Origin: Oikopleura dioica
Taxonomy: Eukaryota > Animalia > Chordata
Direction of reading: 5' to 3'
DNA length: 64,000 nucleotides
Assembly: GCA_907165135.1 (NCBI GenBank)
Contig: OU015567.1
Location: forward strand, 10,230,001 to 10,294,000
The notes under the pieces: generated by a model
What the model was told of the DNA's origin: nothing
Databases searched by the model: none
Seen by the model: only the letters and a program-made list of their open reading frames with translations
Position numbers and translations under genes: made by a program
Shown here: in pieces, positions 51,946-64,000 of the stretch
Layout: every line of letters starts with the position of its first letter
How positions within the stretch are numbered: position 1 is the stretch's first letter

Positions 51946-54153
51946 ATGGATAGGTTCAAATGTGAGAGGTTTCCGTGGATATCTCCTCAGTTATTTATAA
52001 TATCAATTCCGTCCAAACGTATCCTCAACTGAAGAAGAAGAAAATTCTTATGAAAAAGAAGATAAAGCGGATAAAAATCAGTCTATTTTTCAAAAGTTCA
52101 GTTGGAGACAACAACGCCGGGGTGATGCAAAAACGGCATTGGCGCGAAAAAATTTGGCGCTCAGCAGGTGAAGTTTCCCACTTTTCATTTAAGTTTTTGT
52201 TTTCGTTTCTGAAATCCGAAAAATACCAATTTTTACGTTTTCAATCTTGAGTTTCCAAAACCGCGAAATATGGAAGGTACAGTGAATTGACAAAGAGATA
52301 GGCTTGTAAAGAGTCCTGTTTAGAAATCTTGATCGAGGATGGGAATGGCGAGAACTACGACATCCTCGCGGGAGACAAGACCTGCGAGTTTGATGATGAG
52401 AATAAGGCGCTCCAAAAGGTGGAACTTCCGGAGATCCAGGAGGTTACAAACTTGAATAACACTCAATCCTCCCAGGAGCCGGAGAAGCAGGACTCGGGCA
52501 TCGAAGGTACCCACATTCTAGCAAGACACTTTCTATATTCGCTTGTAGACAAGGACAGCATTCCAAACTCTCCAACCGCACCCGTTGCTCCGGTGAGCAA
52601 GTTGGAATTGCACGCCAAGTCCTGGAAGGTACTAAAAGCCTCAGAATATGCCTGAAACTAAAACTATTACTTTGTAGCCGAAGGTAAAAACCGCCCGTCA
52701 GATTCGCGCGGAGCGATTCCACGCCGAACAAAAGCGAAAAGCACTCGCTGAAGACAAAAAACTCGGGACGCAGAAAAATGTCGCCGCAGGTGCTTTTGAG
52801 CCGCAGCAAAAGAATGACCCTAAAAAAGAGTCACAGGTCCAGTCAAGAAAGCCTCGATTTCCGGGACAATTTCGAAAGCCCACGACTCGTTCGTTTCCGC
52901 CGAAACCAGCTGGTCCATCTGCTAATCGGTTAGTTCCTACAATTATATTTATTATTAAATGATCATTCTAGAACCTGGGACCCACAGCGACGTCGATCTG
53001 CTCCTCCCTCTCAGATCCCTGTTCAGAGACAAAATAACGGGCGAAAATCGCCACCAAAGCCGCCTGCTCAAAACCGACCGACTGTCCAAAAAGGCCAAGG
53101 TTCGAAGGGCCCAAGTCCGAAGAAAACTGGACCGGGAAAGAACAAAAAGAAATCGCTTTCCCCTCAGAAAAAGGTTCCCTTGCAGATGAGCAACGGCCAA
53201 CGACAGGTAATCTTCATTCTTGAAACGCAACAATGAATCAAATCTCCCAGGCAATTGTAAAAAGCATTGCCCCAAAGAAGGCGAAGAAATCCAAGAGCCC
53301 GAGTAAAGACCTTATTGACGGCATGGAAAAGGCCAAGCTGGTTATTGACAATTTGCACGTAAGCCATCATTCCGTTTCTTAAGGCAGAACTTAATCTTAG
53401 ATCACCGTGAACTACAAAAAAGGCCAGCGAACGATGAACGTCGACTCCCCCGTTTCAATTCGCAAGAAACAAGCCTCACAGGAGCTCTTGCAGATGATCA
53501 AGACCAAGTCTCCTCCAAAGGTTCTTTCTGATTCATATATTGTTTTGACGATTTCTTAAAGCCGCGCTCGACTGAAAAGGAGAAGGAACATGCGTCCAAA
53601 CAAATCTTGGGCATGATCAACCCCTTCGGCTCTTCTAGCAACAACCAGCTCAAGAAAGATCCAAAGTCTCCAAAACCTCGGGCGCAGAAGACTGTTGGGC
53701 CCCCTTTTCAGAAGCAGTTCTCCAAAAAGCCTCACTTGAAGCCGCAGAACTCGCCTAACACGTCGCCTGGAAAGCTCCAGAAATTCCAGAAGACTCAAAA
53801 GCGAAAGCACAAGATTGAGGATACTCGAGGTAAAAATACAAGTAAATTTTTTCGTATAAAACATCTCAGTGGTAATTTCTGACCCAGAAATTCGTTCTGA
53901 TGCTTCGTCAAGCCCGGAGAAAATCAACGAAGAGAACCTCTCGAAAACTCTCCCTGTTCAAGAGGAAGTCAAGCCCGTCCAGATTTTGGTTCAAGAAGAG
54001 GACGAAGAGGTTTCTTTGGAGGAGGACGAAGCAACTACTGTTGCGGTAAGCGGAACTTCATTTTTAAAATACCAAATGAATCGTTTCTAGACGGTGATCG
54101 AGAAGACACTCACCGACGGGATCGAAAACGTGACCCTGAAGGCCGAAGAATAA
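51946..54153 (+). CDS. Low-complexity K/P/Q/E-rich disordered protein, unknown (5' end uncertain)
   Basis: A chain of GT-AG-bounded exons: EILIEDGNGENYDIL..., VKTARQIRAERFHAEQKRK..., WDPQRRRSAPP..., ...TDGIENVTLKAEE*. Confidence 0.6.
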
Positions 54154-54391
54154 ATTATTTTCATTTATAAAATTTTCCTTCCATCCTTCGATAATTTTCA
54201 AACTGCCATTTATACATCATCATCCTAAATATCTAATAAATATTCTTTCCATGCGATAAACAGCGTTTCTCTAGGCGGCGAGACGCTTGTTTTTGATTTT
54301 CAGCTAGAGCGAGAGTTGTTGTCAATTTGTCAAAATTGTCGGAAATTCTCTAGAAAATATGTTGTTGTGAGGGCTAAAGTTCTAAGATTAG

Positions 54392-55052
54392 TCAGTCTTC
54401 GGATTTTGAAGGTCCGGCAGAGTCAAAAAGAGGGTAAGTTCTTCTGATTTTTGCTAGAGTTTTGAAAATTACCGTGTTTAACGATTTATTTTTAGATTTC
54501 GGACGAGACATTTGCCAAGTGTCTCGTTGAAAATCAACTCGTTCCCTTGAAAGGGGAACAACAAGAAGAAGGAGAGCGGAAGAAGCTTGTCGCCTTCTTT
54601 TATCGTCAAAAACGATAAGCGACGATTCCAACTCGTGACTCAGAACGAGAGGATCGGGAAGAAAGAAGCTAAAAAAGCTTGTCGCCTACTTTTATGGAAT
54701 AAAATCCAATCTCTAACTGAAACTTGTGTCGTGTCTTACTTTTTGCAGGAGATATTGAGCGGTTGTTATGTAGTTGTAGGAAGGCGTAGAAAAATGAGGA
54801 CAATGACCTTTTACGGGGCATTAATACGTAGTTTGCGCATACACTCAATGAGCTGTGTAATCGCTGTAGGATTTTACATGCAGTTAGAGTTCATGACTTC
54901 ATGTTTTACGAGAGCGTTTCCATTCAATTCCGGAATAATGCTCCTCAAACATGGTTTTCTATGGTATTCAAAACAAGGGGGCTCTAGAAGGGCTTCTCTG
55001 TATCAAGATGTATTAACAGTTGATTCGAAAGTTACATTCGGATTGAGGGGGA
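54392..55052 (-). CDS. Possible small gene, unknown
   Basis: Protein-like stretches on the minus strand (EALLEPPCFEYHRKPCLRSIIPEL; ORF 54392-54631). No consistent full model was found. Confidence 0.25.
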
Positions 55053-55099
55053 CATTTGAACAGGCAATTAGCGAGTTTTATACAATTTTAAATACGGTT

Positions 55100-55824
55100 T
55101 TACTTTGAGGGAGGGTAGTCGGCATCATCGAGCTCGTTGTATTCATCTTGAAGCATGATATCAATGTCTGTTAGTCCATTGTTGATCTCGTAATCTGGTG
55201 GAGGAAGGCTGTCGTCGTCCTGACTGAATCCTTGGTTGGAAATGCCTCGGACAGTCCCAGTCGGTCGAGGGATGGAGATATTGGCTTGTTCTATGTCGTC
55301 AAACTAGAGCAAAAAGATGAGAGTCTAATTTGAATCTGAGTTTATGGCCTGCATAAAAATGCCTCTAAACGAAGACTGTATGTTTGCAGAGATTAGATGT
55401 GTTTGAATTATTTTAAATGTGCACACGTGCAATATCAATTTCCTCTTGTTAGCTGTCAGCATTACAGTCAAGAAATTATAGGAGTTATAGCAAAACCACT
55501 TGAAATAACTTGAAAACGAACGCTGCGGCTGGAAATTCTTACAGAAAAATCAACCAAAGCAAATTTGGGAGCGGTTTTTTCGATCTCTTTTATTGTTTAA
55601 AATATCAAGCTGCTCACCTTTGGTTTGAAATCATCGTTTCCACTCTCTAAGATAACTTGTGAGTTCCTCGGCGACAGGGTTCTATTATTCGCTAATGTCT
55701 CTTGAGATGTCGATTTCTCTACTGATTTCTTCTTACAGCAACAATAGCAAATTCCAATAAGGATTCCAAGCAACACTGCTCCTCCAACAGCGATAACGAC
55801 GATGTGCCATATTTCAAGCTCCAT
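55100..55824 (-). CDS. Small single-pass membrane protein with Cys cluster and PPxY motif (WBP1/VOPP1/Shisa-like architecture)
   Basis: MELEIWHIVVIAVGGAVLLGILIGICYCCCKKK (N-terminal TM plus palmitoylation-type Cys cluster), then last exon FDDIEQ...LPPPDYE...DYPPSK*. Confidence 0.7.
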
Positions 55825-56682
55825 TTTATTCTTGGCTTTCTCTGAAGCAAATCAATCAACGAGGAAAATACGATACGTTCGCGTGTAAATTGGCTGAAAG
55901 AAAACGATCGCGTTCCACTCCGTGCATCATGGTGAGCAAATATTAGTCCGCAAGTCCTCAGTGAATAGACGATTACGAGAAATTCTAAACTGTCACCTTC
56001 TCAAACAACATTCCCGAGTTAAGGCGCTTTGTTCTTGACTCAAGAATCTTGAGATTAAGTCTGTATGTAAGTGAGAATGTGACTTGTGTTTATTACGATG
56101 TCTCTTGAGACTCAGCTCGAAAAACAAGTTTTTTCTCTGGAAAACGCTTCGAGAATAAAGAAATTCTCATAGACCCACTCAACTACCCGAATTGAGATCG
56201 TATTCTCAGCATTCACCGATACTTATCGATCACTTACTGTTTCAGCCGTTTCTTTCGATTTTATGGCTCTCTGGTTAGATTGCTTTCGAGGTATTTCTGG
56301 TCAGTAAAAACGAAGAATAAACGAGACTTCCTTTCAATATGAATATATTCTAATCTTGGGATGGTCGCTTTTTGTGTCTTCCCACAGACGACTCGGAGCA
56401 AGTTATACTTGGGCACACGGACAATAAAAATCACTCCAGGGCAGGTGCCTGTGTGGTAGACACATGTCATTATGCAAACACTTACGTTGGGAAAAGTCTT
56501 TTGCTTTAAAGACAATGGCGTAGGATTTTACAAGCTTATAAATGGATAACCGTGGTTTTCCGATTGGATTTCCGTCCTACGATCGTTTTGTCATTTCCGA
56601 GTAAATTTCAAATTCAGCTTATGCCCGGCTAATTTTAGCAGTTTATTATTTTTAAAAGCAGTGAACAGTTTCGGGCAGCTTA

Positions 56683-57327
56683 GGATAATTTCAAAAAAAT
56701 TTTTGCGGGTCCGGAAATCATAAAAAATCTGAAAGTGCAGTTTTCTTGAGCTCGTCGAGACGAGTCGAATGATGGGTCAAACTTTTGATGACTCCAATAA
56801 TTAACCGGTTAGCCGGCAATTTCCCGGAAAATACATTTCCGGTCGCCGTTTTTGTTCTAGAAATGCTAGAATGACAAAAAAGCGGGAAACTGGTCCTTGA
56901 AGTTAGTTCTTCTGTGGGTGAAAAAATGAGAATCATATCTCTAACCATAAGATGCTTATCACCAAAATTCTATTTTCTTATGAAAATGGGACCGAAAATT
57001 AGGAAGGTGCAGCAACAACGAAGTACATACAAAATTTAGAATTTTTATCGTTAAAAAAAGTTTCGCTATATATTTGACCAATATCTTTTTGCCCACAGTA
57101 GAACTGGCCATAAGGATCAGTTTCCGGGTTCATTCATCATCCTAGCATTTCTAGAACAAAAACGGCGAGCGGAAACGTATTTTCCGGTAACAAGCCGGTT
57201 AACCGGTCAATCCTTGGAGTTATCAAGAGTTTGACCCACCATTCGACTCGTCTCAACAAGCTGAAGAAAACTGCACTTTCAGAATTTTTACGATTTTCAG
57301 ACCCGCAAAAATTTTTTTGAAATTATC
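56683..57327. mobile_element. Long-armed foldback MITE (about 645 bp), possibly PIF/Harbinger
   Basis: Imperfect inverted arms of about 240 bp (about 56683-56925 vs 57085-57327), e.g. GATAATTTCAAAAAAATTTTTGCGGGT / ACCCGCAAAAATTTTTTTGAAATTATC. TTA lies on both flanks (56680-56682, 57328-57330). Confidence 0.85.
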
Positions 57328-57352
57328 TTAGATCAGACTTTTTATCGCGCAC

Positions 57353-60300
57353 TTAGATTGACAGTCGCTCTCCAATCTGCTGATACACTTCGAAAAGAGA
57401 GTGCTCTGGCAGTAATCTAAATAATGATCAATTTCGAGCCCCATTACGAAATGTTACCGAGGCAATCCGTCCAGGGCAAAATTGCACAATGCTTTTACAA
57501 GCCTTATATGGTGCTCTATCATTTCGGAAGAGGAGTCGTCCATGACCGGCTCGTCAGAAAATATCGACTTTGAGTAGGTTTCAACATGAATGCTTAAGAA
57601 ATATTCTTATAAGAATAACTTAAAATATAAAATTAAGGCTAAATTGTAAACCGTAACTTTGGCTGATTCTGTCGTAAGAAATCAATGTCCACTGGAGAGT
57701 CATATGAAATATCCTTTATTGACTTGTGTATAACGATGAATAACATCAATTGCCTACAAACAGGGGATAGCTACGAAAGGCTTTATGAAAGATTGCGAAA
57801 ATCACATCATAATGTACATCAAAAAACACATTTTAGAGCCTTTGTCTTAGTCTTTACGAAGTCTTCCACTTTATCCACCCAATCAAGCGTAATCATATTA
57901 TGCAAGAAATTCTCCTGGATCTTGTTGATTTCCTCCTCTTGATCCTCCTCTTCAGTCAACAAGAGTTCCATGGCTCCAATCCAACAAACAAATTTTTGTG
58001 ATTTGCTCAGCCTCTTAGCAACTTCTACAGTCTCTCCAAGAGTAATGAGAGCTTTACATCCGCTTATTCTGTTTCCAGTTGCAAACATTCGATCAGCCAT
58101 CAGACGAAGGGACTCTTCAATTAACTTATGATCCGGGTCTAGTCGTAGTCGAGCAAGAACTAGTGCTTCTCGATGCTGATTTGCGTTATTCAAGGCCTGA
58201 AATAATATTAAGAAAAAGATATTGAAATAAAAACATACTCGAATAGCATCCTCTACTCTCCCAAGAGCAAGCAAAAACGTCGATGCTTTATAAAAAGAAT
58301 TATTTCTTTGCAGTTGATCAACATATTTTTCAGTCACGTATCTCCAAGCTGCGTTCCCCATCGATGCAGCGAGAGCTACTGTGGTGTCTGTAATTTTGTC
58401 ATTAGCGATGACGTCTTGAAAAGTTCCAAGCCAAACGGATGTTTCTGACAGAACATCTCCAGAGCAGTTCGATTCGATTTCTTCCTTGATTTCCTTTTTG
58501 ACGATATCAATTATTTGTTCCTAAATAATATTAAGACTGATCACATATATTGATAAAAAACCTTCGTTCCATCATATACGGCCAAATAGCTTGGCAGCGG
58601 ATCCTTTTTATCTTTCAACATGAATAAGTCTTCAATTCCCAGGTGTTGAAAAGCGTTGCTTCGGTCACTGTCGAGATTGAAAAGTGGCGCGAATTTCTTG
58701 TATTCTTTTACTCGTTTTTGCTTGTTGTTTCCTTCTTTCTTTTGTTCAACAGAATCAATGCTAGCAGTACTTTTTGATGGAGATGGTGGACAAGGTTTTT
58801 CTTCTGGCTTCTTTGTGACATCGGGCTTCCGTGATGGCCCTTTTCCGTTCGCGATATTTATCCTAGTTTGCATTTGTTTCTTTCTCCTTCTTTCTTTTTT
58901 CAGCCTCTTAGATTCCTCGGGAGGTGTTTTGAACTGACAATCAGCTTCTGTCCATGTATGCACGACACCATCTTCGCTGCCGCTGTAGATTGCGTTTTTC
59001 ATCCAAACAATCGAATACAGAACTTGATCGTGCCCTCTAAAATTTGCTAGAGGCAGTCCATTCGATATCTTCCAAACTTGGCAGGTGTAATCAACCGATG
59101 CAGATACTACCTTTTCACCATCCGGAGAAAACGACAAGGCAGCGACTCGATCAGCATGTCCAGCAAGTTTTCGATGGCTTTCAAGGTTTGGAGTCAGTGA
59201 GATGAAAATATTTCCAGCGTTACAAGAAGAAGCAAGCATCTTTCCGTCTTCAGAAAATTTCACGGTCGTGACATATTTCTGATGCAGCTCTTTTGTGACT
59301 TTTTCTTTGAAATCATGGTCGAAGATTGATACCATCCCTTCATCAAATCCAAATGCGACCATGTCTCCGTAAGAACTAAGCGCTGTTGGTCGATTTTGAA
59401 GAGTAATGATTTCAGAACTGTCTTTGTCATGAACCTTCAGTACTTTTCCATCAATGGATGCGACTCTGTCACCGATGAAATCAATAGAATACACTCGTTT
59501 TTCATGGTACGAGTTGAAGTTGTTGACCTTGTCTTTTTCAGAGTCCCACACTCCAACCTTTCCATGCTCGGTTCCGTAAGCGATCTTCATCGATTCCTTG
59601 TGCCATGAAAGCGCAGTTATCTTTTCCGCAATACCTTGCCACGTGACATTGATCGTTCTCGGCGAGCAAGATGTATCAACTCTTCTCATCATTCCATCCC
59701 CAACTCCGATTGCTAGCAGATCGGGCTCAACAGGACTCTTGTCGAGCGCGTAAATCCAGCCTCCGTTTGTCATCAAGTTGAAAGTGGGCTTTCGCGTATT
59801 GAGATCCCAAACTTTCACCTTACGATCCATTGAAATCGAGACAAGTATTTGATCCGAAACAGCAAGGCCAAATACGGTTCTCTGGTGGCAAAGATCAGTT
59901 TGCCTGTCGCAGAATATCTTCGGTTGCGGGTCAAAGGGCTTGCTGTTAGAGTCTGCCTTCTCGGAGCGCCAGATCATGATATCTCCACTAATTCCACTTG
60001 AAATGAAGTCACCGGGAGATGTTGAAGTTGCAAGGGAAGTCCAGAGCTTCGCGTTCTTATGATCTTCACTCAATGTTTTTCTTATAACCACTTGGTTTTG
60101 GCAAATTTAAAGTCTGAATTAGCTCCGATGTCTCCAAGTCCCAAACTCTGATAAACTTCTCTTTCGCGGAAGAGATCAAGCCGTTTTCATGCCATAAAAA
60201 GTCTTGAATTGCCCCCTCGTGACCTCTGAGCCGATGAAGTCTTTTCCCATCTCCATCGTAAATGTAAATGATGCCTAAATCAAGGCCAGACGCAAGTTTA

Positions 60301-61046
60301 TCGCCAGTAGAGTTGAATTTCAATGCTTGGATCGCGCAGTGCTGGTCGTTTTCACGGACTTTCTGGACATCGCCACCATCAAGCTAAATTTTAATCAATT
60401 TGATGTTGTTTTTTTATCTCAAGTTCATTAATTTGATGGATACCTGTGTAAAATGAAGATTTGCCCTTGCATCTCCTGAGACGATTTTTCCTTCGTGAGC
60501 ATGTATTGCCGTTATTTGTAAATAAAGAGGCTGCCATTCGTGCACCTTCTCGATTTCTTCTGTCTTTTCATTTGGGATCTTCCAGACTCGAAGGAAACCA
60601 TTATCATGCCCGACTACTACCTGCGTGTCACTTTTTTCTTTTATTAACTCAATCAACTCATCGTGCGAATTCGCTTGTTAATTATTAATTATTATTTTAA
60701 TAATAATATTATAAACGAGGAAAAAATTACTGGAAACGTGAATGACAGTATTATAAAAGATTCCTAAGAGCGGCAATTGCCGTACATTTTTCGAACTCCC
60801 CGCTGACTTGTCTTCTTATATTCGTAAATCCGTCATCCTTATCAACATCGAACACGAATAGTGAGTTCTTCCCAAGATAGACAAATCTGTTTTCTTTCAA
60901 CGTCACGATTACAGAAGAGCTTTAACGGGGTCGAGAAAGGTTTTCATCGACAAAGTTCATTTCTGCGGTTTAGATCAAATTTTTAACGACCAGTTTTTGA
61001 ACCCCTAACAATACCAATTCGGACTCGACGGAATCAGTTCATCCAT
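57353..61046 (-). CDS. GEMIN5: Gem-associated protein 5 (WD40 snRNA-binding SMN complex subunit)
   Basis: N-terminal IPSSPNWY (canonical PPSPNWYC), GGWIYAL...LAIGVGDGMMR...WQGIAEKITALSWH...AYGTEHGKVG, and TPR-like YKASTFLLALGRVEDAI...REALVLARLRL. The 3' end is approximate. Confidence 0.92.
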
Positions 61047-61140
61047 TTTCTCTGCAGAACTCTGAAAAACTAAATTGAAAGACTGTTTGGAAACGGACCA
61101 ATCAGCTTTCAGAAAGAATCCTCTCTTCGGAATCAAGACT

Positions 61141-61850
61141 TCAAGAAATGAATATGTAACTTTGATGGTGGGTTTTGATTGTAATCATGAACCGAGTCGT
61201 AATTAAAATTGATGTTTTCTGTTCAATTCCTCTTGACGACAACTCAATAATTAAAAAACCTGCAATAACAGAGGTTCTCTTTCCAAAGGATAAACCTGGC
61301 TTTATCATCATATCCCAAACGATGCCAAAATAAGATTCTTCTTTTATCAAATTTGATAACCAGACGATTATTTGGTCAATTTACTTTCAAACTGCAGTAC
61401 ATTTATTCCACTTTTAAAAACCATATATTTTTCTCATAATATCCGATCTGCAATTATTTCAAGATCTGTAAACCAGCGTTGCTTTTGGTAGAACGACAAG
61501 GAATGAATGTATCCTTAGCCGTGGGCACATGCTTCGCGAAATAAAATTAGAATTTCCGTTTCGAGGAGACCAGGGGATTACGCCTGACTTCCGTCGGAGT
61601 TTTTACAATTTTCACCGCCAAACCAGAGTTCGACAAACGAAACCCCAAAAATGAGGGTTTGCTTGGATCATCCGGAAGGGCTGTATTTTATTTGAAGTCA
61701 GTATCGATCTATAGTTGTCAGAAGAAAGGCAAAAATCAAGAATCAGGTTTTTGAAATGTCAGAAGGGGGAATATTCTTATTTTGGCAGGAGTATCTATCC
61801 CAGGAGCACACCAAAATCAAGCAGCAAGTGCGATGAACGGAAATTGACAC
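61141..61850 (-). CDS. Possible small gene between RRN3 and GEMIN5
   Basis: Exon-like open stretches (LPDDPSKPSFLGFRLSNSGLAVKIVKTPTE; ORF 61141-61350). No consistent model was found. Confidence 0.2.
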
Positions 61851-61876
61851 CATTTATAAAATATTCGTTCTTTAGT

Positions 61877-64000
61877 CTAGCTTTCCATGTCGCTTTCCTC
61901 TTCTTCCGAGCTATCTTCATCCTGAAAATAGTTTGAAAAGAAATGTTTATTGCTATAGAAGTGAAACCTCAGAATCAGAATCTTCCTCGACCCAATGATT
62001 ATAAAACTTGTCAATTTTAGCGGCAGTCATCGGCAGTAAACAGCGGTCAAAGGGGAAGTAGAAATCGATGGGGTTGACAATTTCGTTGGTGCCCGTTGCC
62101 AGCAGCTGCCGCTCGTGAAACTGTAAGAAAAGGGACGTTATATTTATCGATAAAAATATGACGTTTTACCTGTTCTAGTATATGGTGGCAAAATGCCAGT
62201 TGTGTTTCTTTCATGATGTCGCAGAATTTCAACGCGATCGAGGGAACACACGCTGCCAGGGGATTCATCTTCGAATACACAATTTCTGAGAAGAAGAATC
62301 ACGAACAAGTCGTTATTTAGGGAATACCTGGAATTCCCAAGGATCGTATACAGTCATTTCCAAGCTCTTTATGCCTGAAAATGACGAGGTAAAAGAGTGC
62401 CTGCGCCGTCGCGTAGTAAACTCCGAATTTCTCCGTTGAAAAATGCTGATCTTTCTCGGGAATAAGTCGCTGATGATCTTTGATGCAGAGAGTTGATAAA
62501 ATCTTAACACAAGGTTTACTAGAAAGAAATTTACAGGGTATTTACCAAGGCTACATGGCGAAGAGTAGTATGAGAGACGAACTGAGCCCGAGCCAGAAAA
62601 CTGGTAAGATAAGACAAGAGTGCAATCCTTCGTGATCGAGACTCGCTTTTATTCTTGATCCGCTGAACATTTGAATGAGAAGATGAATCTTTTACTGAGC
62701 TAAACCTTCAACATCCACTCGCAGAAAGAAGTCGAAAAGGTGCCCTTCAAGCTCAGGAGATAAAAGTAGACATATTGTACTGTAGTTGTGTTGGGTTGAG
62801 GAAGCAAGACCTTGCCAAATACAGTGACCATTTCACGAAGAAGGACCAGAACGTTGTTTTTCTGCCCAACTTCGTCATCTTTCATGGTGTTTTTTGAAAG
62901 TTCTAGATAAATAGAAAGGAATTTCTTCTAGAAGTTTAGTATTCTATTATTATAGACATTTATCTAAGACATTTTAAAACTGAAAAAATCAGTATTTTGA
63001 GAGAGAGCACGAGGTATCCGTGGCTGACCTGAGGTCGAGGCGAGCACGAGTCAATTTCTTCATTGATTGTTTAGTTTTGCTGACATTTCATTGGTCGCCT
63101 ACTTGCGTCCAACAACTTTCAGGTGGCTTGCCAGAAACGTATTCAATCCTTAGAGAGAAGGAAAAACAAGGAGAGAGAAAATTAGGGCTCAGATTTTCAA
63201 AAGGGCGGCTTCCCGCGCAAAAAGAGATACTGTATATGCGCGGTATAATCAGCGGGTGAGCACAGTGACTGGAGCGCCACCGTGTGCGTGGGCAGAGCCC
63301 TCACTCTTCTCGTGAGTCAGAGAAAGAGAGAGGGTCTCGTTTTGGCTTCAAAAACATCAAAATAGCGCTGAGCAGCGGCGTAGTAGAGCAATTTCTTACT
63401 ACTACCTCCGTAGCAGAGAGCCCATTTAGAGACTTGCCGCACATCAAAGGTGATGATATCGACGAAAATGGGCAGGGGATCACGTGGGAACAGGGGAAAC
63501 ACCTTTCCTGATGCCACAGAGGTCTCGATAAACTGGAAAAAGCGGATCATTATTCGGTCGAAGGTGTCACGTGCACTCAAGAATTCCAATTGATCCTCGG
63601 TTAGCTCCTCAGACTCTAGAATCCAGGTTATCAGAAAGTAATCGGCACAACAAGTTGGATTGGTGGTTAAAGTCTTTCTTTAAAATGTTAGTTGATGAAT
63701 ACTACTTTCGTTTTTAATTTCATTTATGGTTTCTTGTGAAAGAAATAGTGATACTCTTTTAATCATCAGAAGTTGATAGTAGATATTTTAGTTACTACAA
63801 ACTTAACATAAAAATTTGCCTTGAGGGACTTTTGAATCTTCGGAAATAACCGAAAGTTTTTATTCTTGCCCTCGGCGACACAAGAAATTTCACCCGAATA
63901 GTGCTACACTTTTAAAGGATTTACCTTCTTGTGCGGCGAGATCGAGGTCGAAAAGGACATTCTTGGGCAGATGCTGATCGATTCGGCAAAAGTGCACCAA
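61877..64000 (-). CDS. RRN3: RNA polymerase I transcription initiation factor RRN3/TIF-IA (5' part outside window)
   Basis: FGKVLLPQPNTTTVQYVYFYLLS, SFLARAQF, SKMNPLAACVPSI...QLAFCHHI and PIDFYFPFDRC match RRN3 blocks. Acidic tail ...EEESDMES*. Confidence 0.9.

Noticed and set aside
54580-54700. Imperfect direct repeat AAGCTTGTCGCCT(T/A)CTTTTAT about 95 bp apart
   Set aside because: Only two copies with no flanking structure. Too weak to call a repeat array.
54587-55108. 173-aa plus-strand ORF
   Set aside because: It starts at TTG, shows no recognisable motif, and the opposite strand looks more exon-like. Probably a shadow ORF.
63376-63410. let-7-like GAGGTAGTAG on the minus strand within a hairpin
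   Set aside because: The stem is far too short for a pre-miRNA, the 5' U is missing, and the 3' half does not match let-7.
63449-63511. GTGATGA...CTGA box C/D-like pair
   Set aside because: It lies antisense to the RRN3 host and overlaps the exon boundary. No guide complementarity was identified.

Overview
This is gene-dense, AT-rich eukaryotic DNA. Introns are mostly about 40-60 nt, several use GA/GG/GC donors, and same-strand genes are tightly packed with AG acceptors just before start codons. That combination fits a larvacean tunicate such as Oikopleura dioica (inferred; no database search run). Recognisable genes: three identical tRNA-Ser(AGA), a cytochrome b561, a C2H2 zinc-finger gene, an HSF-domain gene, a divergent CK2 beta, a multi-C-type-lectin receptor, ARP3, RTCA, FHIP2/FAM160B, IFT122, DEPDC7-like, GEMIN5 and partial RRN3. 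Several orphan genes and at least four inverted-repeat non-autonomous elements are also present. Three observations stand out. (1) A 375-bp hAT-type MITE with a perfect 8-bp target-site duplication sits inside a conserved IFT122 coding exon and must be spliced out or the allele is broken, so it may be an intron being born. (2) A secreted protein carries a complete C-type lectin domain inserted inside an intact vWA domain. (3) A 69-aa two-exon prepropeptide with an RRKR cleavage site is missed by the ORF track. Exon models were assembled by eye, so low-confidence boundaries are approximate.
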